Position numbers and translations under genes: made by a program
DNA from: Kofleriaceae bacterium
GTDB lineage: Bacteria; Myxococcota_A; Polyangia; Haliangiales; Haliangiaceae
Assembly: GCA_046597055.1 (NCBI GenBank)
Contig: JBKJLC010000011.1
Location: 1-30,206 of the forward strand
DNA: 30,206 bases
Direction of reading: 5' to 3'
Notes under the pieces: model-generated
Told to the model about the DNA's origin: nothing
Databases searched by the model: none
Seen by the model: the letters and a program-made list of their open reading frames with translations, nothing else
Shown here: piece by piece, positions 1 to 7,959 of the stretch
How positions within the stretch are numbered: the first letter of the stretch is position 1
Layout: every line of letters starts with the position of its first letter

Positions 1-1
1 C

Positions 2-3000
2 GCCGACAGTGGCTTCCAGTGGAGCTTCGCCGGCGAGGCGTTCGCCGGCGAGCTGATGGGCGACCTGTATCAAGAGCTCGACCCGGTGGTGAAGGACCGG
101 TACGCGCTGTGCCAGACGCCCGACTTCGTGCGCGACTTCATGCTCGGCCAGACGCTGACCCCGGCGATCGCCGAGCTGGGCGGCGACGCGGTGCGCCTGC
201 TCGACCCGGCCTGCGGCTCGGGGCACTTCTTGCTGGATGCCCTGCGCCGCCTGGTCGACGCCACCGCGGCGCAGCATGCCGACTGGCCGCGCCGGCAGGT
301 GGTCGAGCACGCGCTCGACCGCGTGGTCGGCATTGACCTCAACGACTACGCCTGTGCTCTGGCGCGAGCGCGCATGGTGATGACCGCCGCCGAGCTGGCC
401 GGTGCGACCACCCTGGCCGAGGCGGCCAGCTTCCATCCCCACGTGTACTGGGCTGACGGGCTCGAGCAGGTCGAACGCGACGACGAGCGGCCCGGGGAGC
501 AGCTCGATCTGCTGGGGCCCAACAAGCAGGCGCCGCCCCGGGCGGTGCTGACGAGGCCCCACGTGCGCGCGGTGCTGCGGCAGGTGCTCAAGCCAAAGTT
601 CCAGGTGGTCGTCGCGAATCCACCGTACATCACGGAGCGCGATCCCGCCCGCAAGGAGTACCACCGTGAGAAGGTCGGCAAGCAGCGCCGGTATGTGTCG
701 GCGTATCGCGAGTATTCGCTGGCAGCGCCGTTTGTCGAACGGGCCCTGCAACTCGCTGTACCGAACGGTCGCGTCGGACTGATCGTTGGCAACAACTTCA
801 TGAAGCGCGAATTCGGCAAGCCCCTTGTCGAGGAGGTGCTTGCCGGCGTCGACCTCCAGCTGATCGTCGACACCTCGCAGGCGTTCATCCCCCATCACGG
901 CACTCCGACAGTGATGCTTTTCGGTCGCAATCACACCCCCACTACAAACACAGTGCAAGCTGTAATGGGAAAGCGTGGCGAACCCGGCACACCCGCTGAT
1001 CCAGCGAAGGGGAGAGTGTGGACCAGCATCACCGATGGCTTCGCGGTACCAGGCTATGAAAGCGAGTTTGTGTCAGTCGTCCGGGTTCCTCGTGGAACGT
1101 TCGAAAAGCATCCATGGAGCCTCGGCGGCGGCGGTGCCGCCGAGCTGCGAGCCACTCTTGAGTCCAGTGCTAAGCAACTCAACCGGCTGGTTCAGCAACC
1201 GATTGGCCGCGCCGCACGCACTGGCGAAGACGACATTCTCGTCTATTCACCATCAGCCGCACGACGCACAGGCATCGAAAGCCTTTGGTTTCTCACACTT
1301 CTCACCGGAGACGGCCTGCGCGATTGGGCCGTATCCCATCTGGATTGGATCATCTATCCGTACGACAGTGCGTCAAAGTTCGCGGTTCGCGAGCTAACGC
1401 CGCGCGCGACAAGCTGGCTTTGGAGGTTTCGTACGCGCCTGGCTGACAGAGCTACATTTCAAGGAAAGATGGTGGATGCCGGAAAGCGCTGGTACGAGTA
1501 CATGCAGTACACATCGAGCGCAAATAGCACTCCGACGTCCATCTCGTTCGCATTCGTCGCAACGCACAACCACTTCGTCCTCGACCGAGGTGGGAAGATT
1601 TTTAACCGATCTGCGCCGGTCATCAAGCTATCGGCGGGCGCCTCCGAAGATGATCACTTCGCGCTGCTTGGGCTGCTCAATTCGTCCACGGCCTGCTTCT
1701 GGATGAAGCAGGTATTCCACTGCAAGGGCAGCCAAGGGGTGAACGAAGGCTCGAAGGCGGAGCTATGGGAGCAGTTCTACGAGTTCGATGCGACCAAGCT
1801 CAAGCTGTTCCCAGTCCCAGAGAATCGCGACGTCGTGGTGTCGTACGCCCGCACGCTCGATGGCCTCGCACGCGGTCGTGCTGATCGCTCGGTGGCCTCG
1901 ATCCTCGGCGTCGACACCTGGTCAACGTCGGCCGAGCTGCGCAGTCGGCTCGACCAGCGGCGCACGGGTGACCTTGCGGACCTCCGGCAAATGGTCGCGA
2001 CCCAGGAGGAGCTCGACTGGGTCTGCTACCGGATCTACGGACTCGACCGAAACCAGACGTTTGGCTCCGAGCAGCTCGAGCCGATCGATCCGACGCTGCG
2101 GCCGATGGATCTCGACCTCGCGGCCCGCGACCAGGCCAATCGCGCCGCCATCGCGCGCGGCGAGGAGACCACCGAGATCCCGACCGCCTGGTTCACCCGC
2201 CACGGCTGGGAACCCCGCACCGAGCTGCCGGCCGACCTCTCGCCGCAGCTGCGCGCCACGATCGAGCATCGCCGCGCGCGCATCGCCGCGGTGCCCGAGC
2301 TGGCGCTGATCGAGCAGCCGACCTACAAGCGGCGCTGGTACAAGCCCGACTACGCGGCCGAGGAGCAGAAGGCCATGACGGCCTGGCTGGCCGATCGCAT
2401 CGAGCTCGAGCTGTCGAGCCGCAGCGGCAAGCCGGCCGCGTTCGCGCAGGTCACCGCCGCGCTCGAGGCCGAGCCGCGGGTCCAGGCGGTCGCCGAGCTG
2501 CTCACCGAGCGCAAGGATTACCGGCTCGCCGACCTGGTCGCCGAGCTGGTCGTCGCCGACGCGGTGCCCGCGCATCCGTTCCACGTCTACAAGCCGACCG
2601 GGCTCGACAAGCGCGCCGCGTGGGAGCGCACCTGGGACGAGCAGCGCAAGGAAGACGCCGGGCTGCCGGCCAAGCCCGAGGTGCCGCCGAAGTACGGCCA
2701 GGGCGACTTCCTCAAGGGCGAGTACTACCGGCAGCGCGGCAAGCTCGACGTTCCGAAGGAGCGCTTCATCGCGTTCACCGAGGTGCCCGGGCGCGGGGCC
2801 GGCGAGACGCTCTACGGCTGGGCCGGCTGGACGCCGACCGAGCGGGTGAAGGCGATCCTGGCGATGGACGAGGCGTGCGAGGACCAGGGCATCGTGCTGG
2901 CCGACCGGGTCGCGCTGCTCGACTCGGCGTGGCGGCTCCTGCACGACGTCAGCCGGGACGACGCCGCGACCGGCGCCCGCCTGCGCGCCGAGCTGCAGGC

Positions 3001-3145
3001 GCTGCTCGGACCCGAGGGGCCGAGCAAGGCCATGCTCGACGACTGGAAGCAGAAGTTCCCGCCGCCCGGCGGTCGCGGCAAGGGGCGCGGCAAGAAGGCG
3101 GCGGCGGCGGTCGTCACGGGCGGCGGCGAGGACGACGAGGACTGA
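2..3145 (+). CDS. pglX: BREX-2 adenine-specific DNA methyltransferase PglX (5'-partial; frame open from the window edge)
   Basis: GDLYQEL..RYALCQTPDFV; motif I LDPACGSGHFL; motif IV NPPY; PglX-type FAFVATHNHFVLDRGG, YKRRW and RGKLDVPKERFI. No stop in frame from nt 2 to the ATG at 56. Confidence 0.93.
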   Translation, partial: ADSGFQWSFAGEAFAGELMGDLYQELDPVVKDRYALCQTPDFVRDFMLGQTLTPAIAELGGDAVRLLDPACGSGHFLLDALRRLVDATAAQHADWPRRQVVEHALDRVVGIDLNDYACALARARMVMTAAELAGATTLAEAASFHPHVYWADGLEQVERDDERPGEQLDLLGPNKQAPPRAVLTRPHVRAVLRQVLKPKFQVVVANPPYITERDPARKEYHREKVGKQRRYVSAYREYSLAAPFVERALQLAVPNGRVGLIVGNNFMKREFGKPLVEEVLAGVDLQLIVDTSQAFIPHHGTPTVMLFGRNHTPTTNTVQAVMGKRGEPGTPADPAKGRVWTSITDGFAVPGYESEFVSVVRVPRGTFEKHPWSLGGGGAAELRATLESSAKQLNRLVQQPIGRAARTGEDDILVYSPSAARRTGIESLWFLTLLTGDGLRDWAVSHLDWIIYPYDSASKFAVRELTPRATSWLWRFRTRLADRATFQGKMVDAGKRWYEYMQYTSSANSTPTSISFAFVATHNHFVLDRGGKIFNRSAPVIKLSAGASEDDHFALLGLLNSSTACFWMKQVFHCKGSQGVNEGSKAELWEQFYEFDATKLKLFPVPENRDVVVSYARTLDGLARGRADRSVASILGVDTWSTSAELRSRLDQRRTGDLADLRQMVATQEELDWVCYRIYGLDRNQTFGSEQLEPIDPTLRPMDLDLAARDQANRAAIARGEETTEIPTAWFTRHGWEPRTELPADLSPQLRATIEHRRARIAAVPELALIEQPTYKRRWYKPDYAAEEQKAMTAWLADRIELELSSRSGKPAAFAQVTAALEAEPRVQAVAELLTERKDYRLADLVAELVVADAVPAHPFHVYKPTGLDKRAAWERTWDEQRKEDAGLPAKPEVPPKYGQGDFLKGEYYRQRGKLDVPKERFIAFTEVPGRGAGETLYGWAGWTPTERVKAILAMDEACEDQGIVLADRVALLDSAWRLLHDVSRDDAATGARLRAELQALLGPEGPSKAMLDDWKQKFPPPGGRGKGRGKKAAAAVVTGGGEDDED

Positions 3146-3146
3146 G

Positions 3147-4382
3147 ATGCCGCGCAAGGTGGCCCGGACCCGGCGGCCGACCGCCGTCGCGAAGCGCGCC
3201 TCGGCCAGCCGCGAGGACGTGCTGTTCGGGCGCGTGCTGGCGATCGTGGAGGCCGCGCGCGGGCAGGCGGCGCGCTCGGTCAACTCGGCCATGGTCCACG
3301 CCTACTGGCTGATCGGTCGTGAGATCGTCGTGGCCGAGCAAGCCGGGGCCCGGCGCGCGGGCTACGGCGAGGAGGTGATCGAGCGGCTGGCCGAGCGGCT
3401 CAGCCGCCGCCTGGGCAAGGGCTTCGGGCCCCGCACCCTGTGGCGCCTGCGGCAGTTCTATCAGCTCTATCCCGCGGGCTCGGCGCTGACCCCGCAGCCC
3501 GGCGCGGGACCGATTCTGACCACGGCGCGGTCAGAATCGAAGGCGCGGAAGATTCTGACTGCACTGCGGTCAGAATCCGCGTCGACCCCGGCCGCGGCGT
3601 TCCCCCCCGACCTCGGGTGGGCGCACTACCGGGTCTTGCTCAAGGTCGCGAACGCCGAGGCGCGGGCGTTCTACGAGCTCGAGGCCGCCCGCGAGAGCTG
3701 GTCGAGCCGCGAGCTCGAGCGCCAGGTGGGCGCGCTCCTGTTCGAGCGGCTGGCGAAGAGCCGTGACAAGAAGAAGATCCGGGCGCTGGCGGGCCGCGGT
3801 CAGCAGGTCGAGACGCCGTCCGACGTGATCAAGGAGCCGTTCGTGCTCGAGTTCCTCGGCCTCGACGAGCGCGCCGAGTGGCGCGAGCGCGACCTCGAGC
3901 AGGCGATCATCGACCGCATCGAGGCGTTCCTGCTCGAGCTGGGCAAGGGCTTCTGCTTCGTCGCCCGGCAGAAGCGGGTGACGCTCGACGGCGATCACTT
4001 CTTCGTCGACCTGGTGTTCTACAACCGCCTGCTGCGCTGCTTCGTGCTGGTCGACCTCAAGCTCGGCAAGCTCACCCACCAGGACCTCGGCCAGATGCAG
4101 ATGTACGTGAACTACTTCGACCGCTTCCAGCGCGCCGAGCACGAGGCCCAGACCATCGGCATCGTGCTGTGCTCCGACAAGAACGACGCGATGGCGAAGA
4201 TCACGCTGCCCGAGAACAACGAGCAGATCCTGGCCCGGCGCTACCAGATGTACCTGCCGTCGGAGCGCGAGCTGCGCGCCGAGCTGGCCCGCGACCGCCA
4301 GCGCGCCGAGCGCGCGCTGGCCGAGCTCGCCGCGCCGGTACCGCCAGTCCCGACCCAGCCGACCCCGAAGGTGAAGCGATGA
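3147..4382 (+). CDS. DUF1016/YhcG family PD-(D/E)XK nuclease domain protein
   Basis: N-terminal VNSAMVHAYWLIGREIV, LGWAHY, WSSRELERQ and IKEPFVLEFL; C-terminal FLLELGKGFCFVARQKR, VDLVFYNRLLRCFVLVDLK and GQMQMYVNYF. Confidence 0.92.
   Translation: MPRKVARTRRPTAVAKRASASREDVLFGRVLAIVEAARGQAARSVNSAMVHAYWLIGREIVVAEQAGARRAGYGEEVIERLAERLSRRLGKGFGPRTLWRLRQFYQLYPAGSALTPQPGAGPILTTARSESKARKILTALRSESASTPAAAFPPDLGWAHYRVLLKVANAEARAFYELEAARESWSSRELERQVGALLFERLAKSRDKKKIRALAGRGQQVETPSDVIKEPFVLEFLGLDERAEWRERDLEQAIIDRIEAFLLELGKGFCFVARQKRVTLDGDHFFVDLVFYNRLLRCFVLVDLKLGKLTHQDLGQMQMYVNYFDRFQRAEHEAQTIGIVLCSDKNDAMAKITLPENNEQILARRYQMYLPSERELRAELARDRQRAERALAELAAPVPPVPTQPTPKVKR
3511..3577. repeat. Two tandem palindromes (39-nt period) inside the DUF1016 gene
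   Basis: CGATTCTGACC-N7-GGTCAGAATCG (3511-3539) and GATTCTGAC-TGCACTGCG-GTCAGAATC (3551-3577), encoding ILTTARSES and ILTALRSES. Confidence 0.9.
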
Positions 4383-7300
4383 CGTTGACGATCAAGGACG
4401 CCTACGAGCTGCCCGCCGCCGAGGACATCCGGGCGATGGGCTTCGTCATCAAGCTGCGCGAGCTGGCCGCCGGCTCCGACGAGCTGAAGCGCCTGGTCGG
4501 CGACTACGTGGTCACCCCGGCGGTCGCCCAGGATCTGCCGGTCGTGCTCGACAAGATGAAGCAGGTGTACGAGCGCGGCGAGGAGTACGGCCGCTTCATC
4601 CACGGCAGCTTCGGCAGCGGCAAGTCGCACTTCATGACGATGCTGTCGCTCCTGCTCGAGAGCTCGCCCGAGGCGTGGGCCAAGGACCACGCCGCCTTTC
4701 AGGCGATGCGGCCCAGGCACCAGGACTGGATCAGCGGCGCGCACCTGCTGGTGGTGCGCATCCACATGCTGTCGGTGAAGGGCAAGGGCACCGGGCTCGA
4801 CCGCGCGGTCTACGACGGCTTCAACGAGGCGCTGCGGCGGCGGGGCAAGGCGCCGTTCGAGTTCCTGCACGTCGACGGCGTGCTCGACGAGGCGCGCCGC
4901 GAGGCCCAGCAGTACGGCGACGTGTTCTGGAAGAACCTGGCCAACGCCGGCGTGGTGGCCAGCAAGGACGACTTCGAGGCGGTGGCCAAGGCCTCGCTCA
5001 AGCAGCGCGAGGCGCTGGCGCGCGCCTACCTGGGCTACAAGGGCCGCGACGCCGGCTCGGCCGGCATCGACCCGCGCTGGGCCGACGGCCTCCACGCCAT
5101 GACCGCGCACGCCAAGGCCCAGGGTTTCGGCGGCGTGGTGCTCATGATCGACGAGTTCCTGCTGTGGCTGGGTGAGAAGAGCGGCCAGGAGTTCGTCGCC
5201 GCCATCAACGAGCTCAACGTCATGGTCGACCACAACACCGGGCAGCGGGCGGTGCCGCTGTTCGTGTTCGTCGCCCGCCAGAAGGACATCCGCGAGTTCT
5301 TTCCGGACCTGGTCGAGGAGGCCAAGATCCACGAGCAGCTCGACCACCACGCGCAGCGGTTCGAGATCACCAAGCTGCAGGACATCGAGCTGCGCCACAT
5401 CGTCAAGGAGCGGGTGCTGCGACCGCGGGCCAGGGAGGCGATCGCGGCGGCGACCGCGCGGCTGCGCCAGGACCACGAGAAGGTCCTGCCCGGCCTGCTG
5501 AACAACCCGGAGGTCGATCTCAAGTACCTGCAGGACGTGTATCCGTTCCACCCGGCGCTGATCGAGATGCTGATCGACGTGACCGCGCTGATGCAGCGCG
5601 AGCGGTCGGCGCTGCGGCTCCTGTACGAGCTGCTGGTGATCCACAACCCGAACCTACCGCTCGGCGAGTTCCTGCCGGTCGGGTCCGCGTTCGATGCGAT
5701 CTTTCCGCCCGGCGGCGTCGAGGCGTCGAAGAAGATCGACACGCTGCAGGACATCCACCGGCAGTACTACGACCGGCTGCGGCCGGCGATGAAGCAGATG
5801 GCGACCACCGCCAGCGACGCCGAGCCGTTCGACGCCAAGCGCGGCCACGCGCTCGACCAGCTGGTGAAGACGGTGCTGCTGGCCGAGGTGTCGCCCCGGC
5901 TCAAGGGCAAGGGGCTCACCGTCGAGCGGCTGGTCCAGCTCAACTCGGTGGACGTGGAGGGCGAGACCTACCGGGGCCGGCTGCGGGTCGCGGCCGCCGA
6001 CCTGGTGTCGCTGTCGAACCTGGTGCCCGACCTGCAGGTGTCGAGCACCGACAAGACGGCGATCGTGCGCTACGTGCTGGGCGGCGTGAGCCTGAGCGAG
6101 GTGCTGGCCCGCGCGCGCAGCAAGGTCGACAACGTCAACAAGCGGTTCGACGTGTTCTACAAGGCGCTCAAGCAGGCGCTGGGCGTGGCCGGCAAGCGCG
6201 GGTTCGACGACGGCGACGTCAACAGGGGCGACCTCGAGGTGAAGTGGCGCAACACGCGGCGCAAGGGCGTCCTGCGGATCGCCAACGTGCGCGAGCTGAC
6301 CCACGAAGACTTCGACGCGCCCGAGGCTGGCTTCACGATCCTGGTCGACTATCCCTGGGATCTGCCGGGTCACTCGGTCGAGGAAGACCGGCAAAAGGCG
6401 ATGACGGTCCGGCGCGCGCGCGGCAACCGCTACACGGTGTGCTGGTTGCCGCGGCACCTGGCGCCGGCCGAGATCGCGATCATGACCGACCTGGCCGCGG
6501 TGCGCTTCCTGCAGTCGAAGGAAGGCCAGGAGGAGATGCTCGACACCCTGGCGCCGGTCGATCGCACGCGCCTGGTCGACCAGGCCCACAGCCGCGAGAA
6601 GCTGCTCGCCGAGCAGCTCGACACGCTGCTGACCGAGGTCTACGTCAAGCACGGCGAGTGGTTCGCCATGATCTCCGACGTCAACGCCAAGCCGTCGCTG
6701 GAGACCCTGGCCGAGAACCTGAAGCACATCGCCGGGCTCCTGATGGACCGCCGCTATCCGCAGCACCCGAGCTTCCTGACCGAGCCCAAGAAGGCGGACC
6801 TGGCCCGGTTGCTCGAGTGGATGATCCTCGCCGGCGACGCCACCACGTCGGTCAACTACGAAGAGGACACGGCAACGGCGCTGAAGAACCTGGGCCAGCC
6901 GCTCGAGCTGGTGAACCTGGGCCAGACCAAGGCCTCGCTGCGGCTGGACTCGCGCTACATCAAGGACGTCCTGCAGCGCGCCGACAAGGACGTCGTCAAC
7001 TGGACCGAGGTCGCCGACGCGCTGCGCGAGGCGTACGGGTTCCAGCCGCTGGTGATCGACCTGTTCCTGGCGTTCCTGTGCCAGCGCGATCACCGGGCGC
7101 TCAACCCGGTGTCGAGCGATCCGATCGAGGTGACGCTGGGCATGCCGACCTCGCTGGCAGTGCGGCTCGAGCGCGGCAAGCTGGTGAGCCACGCCGAGTG
7201 GTCGCGGCTGCGCGAGCTGGCCACCGACCTGCTGGGCCTGAGCCATCCGCCGTCCCAGCGATCGCTGCAGCAGCAGGACAAGCTGGCGCTGGCGATGCGC

Positions 7301-7957
7301 AAGGCCGGCGTCGACAAGAAGCTGGCCCTGAGCGGGCTCTACGAGCGCATCGGGCACCTGGGCGTCGAGGACGGGGCGCGTCGGGACGAGCTGTTCGAGG
7401 CCATCCAGCGGCTGGCGCCGCTGGCCACGAACACGACCGACAGCCACAAGGTGCTGACCGCGCTGCTCGGCAAGTGGCCGGAGAAGGCCGATGATCCGGT
7501 GCGGGCGGTGGTCCAGGGCGTCGAGGTGACCCGCGAGGCCCTGAGCGGGCTCGACGACAAGGCGCGCGATCACCTGGCGGCTGGCCGCGAGCACGCCATC
7601 GTGGGCGTGCAGGCCGCGGCGCAGCTCGACGAGCTGCGGGCGTGCCTGACGGCGGCGGGCGGTGAGCGCCCCCTGACCCGGGCGTGGGTGACGGCCTGGA
7701 ACCAGCGCGCGCAGGCGCTGATCGCCGCGATGATCTCCACGCGCGGGACGGTGGACCAGCCGATCGGCCCGGTGACGATGAGCGGCACCGGCACCGTGAC
7801 GGTCAACGCCACCGTCCCGTCGAGAATGGTCCACGACGCCGTCGTGAACGTGGGCGACAAGTCGTCCGTCGCTGATCTGCTGGCGACCGTGAAGACCGCG
7901 CTCGAGCGGGTCGGCCGTGGTCGCGTGCGGGTGGTCATCACCCGCGAGGACGACTGA
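4379..7957 (+). CDS. pglY: BREX-2 P-loop ATPase PglY
   Basis: Start at the ATG overlapping the DUF1016 stop (ATGA); the ORF-track extension to 3878 is a shadow of DUF1016. Walker A HGSFGSGKSHFM, Walker B VLMIDE, FVARQKD, YPFHPALI, LMQRERSALRLL. Confidence 0.9.
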   Translation: MTLTIKDAYELPAAEDIRAMGFVIKLRELAAGSDELKRLVGDYVVTPAVAQDLPVVLDKMKQVYERGEEYGRFIHGSFGSGKSHFMTMLSLLLESSPEAWAKDHAAFQAMRPRHQDWISGAHLLVVRIHMLSVKGKGTGLDRAVYDGFNEALRRRGKAPFEFLHVDGVLDEARREAQQYGDVFWKNLANAGVVASKDDFEAVAKASLKQREALARAYLGYKGRDAGSAGIDPRWADGLHAMTAHAKAQGFGGVVLMIDEFLLWLGEKSGQEFVAAINELNVMVDHNTGQRAVPLFVFVARQKDIREFFPDLVEEAKIHEQLDHHAQRFEITKLQDIELRHIVKERVLRPRAREAIAAATARLRQDHEKVLPGLLNNPEVDLKYLQDVYPFHPALIEMLIDVTALMQRERSALRLLYELLVIHNPNLPLGEFLPVGSAFDAIFPPGGVEASKKIDTLQDIHRQYYDRLRPAMKQMATTASDAEPFDAKRGHALDQLVKTVLLAEVSPRLKGKGLTVERLVQLNSVDVEGETYRGRLRVAAADLVSLSNLVPDLQVSSTDKTAIVRYVLGGVSLSEVLARARSKVDNVNKRFDVFYKALKQALGVAGKRGFDDGDVNRGDLEVKWRNTRRKGVLRIANVRELTHEDFDAPEAGFTILVDYPWDLPGHSVEEDRQKAMTVRRARGNRYTVCWLPRHLAPAEIAIMTDLAAVRFLQSKEGQEEMLDTLAPVDRTRLVDQAHSREKLLAEQLDTLLTEVYVKHGEWFAMISDVNAKPSLETLAENLKHIAGLLMDRRYPQHPSFLTEPKKADLARLLEWMILAGDATTSVNYEEDTATALKNLGQPLELVNLGQTKASLRLDSRYIKDVLQRADKDVVNWTEVADALREAYGFQPLVIDLFLAFLCQRDHRALNPVSSDPIEVTLGMPTSLAVRLERGKLVSHAEWSRLRELATDLLGLSHPPSQRSLQQQDKLALAMRKAGVDKKLALSGLYERIGHLGVEDGARRDELFEAIQRLAPLATNTTDSHKVLTALLGKWPEKADDPVRAVVQGVEVTREALSGLDDKARDHLAAGREHAIVGVQAAAQLDELRACLTAAGGERPLTRAWVTAWNQRAQALIAAMISTRGTVDQPIGPVTMSGTGTVTVNATVPSRMVHDAVVNVGDKSSVADLLATVKTALERVGRGRVRVVITREDD

Positions 7958-7959
7958 CC

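Noticed and set aside
2..3145. Phase-variable homopolymer tract in pglX, as known for Streptomyces Pgl
   Set aside because: No long homopolymer seen in the visible part; the 5' end is outside the window.
3511..3577. Mini-CRISPR interpretation of the palindromic repeats
   Set aside because: Only two units about 12 nt apart, in frame within a gene, and no cas genes.
3878..4378. N-terminal extension of the PglY ORF (likewise 10146-10520 for BrxD)
   Set aside because: Arg/Pro-rich off-frame translation of the upstream gene; coupled start codons exist at 4379 and 10521.
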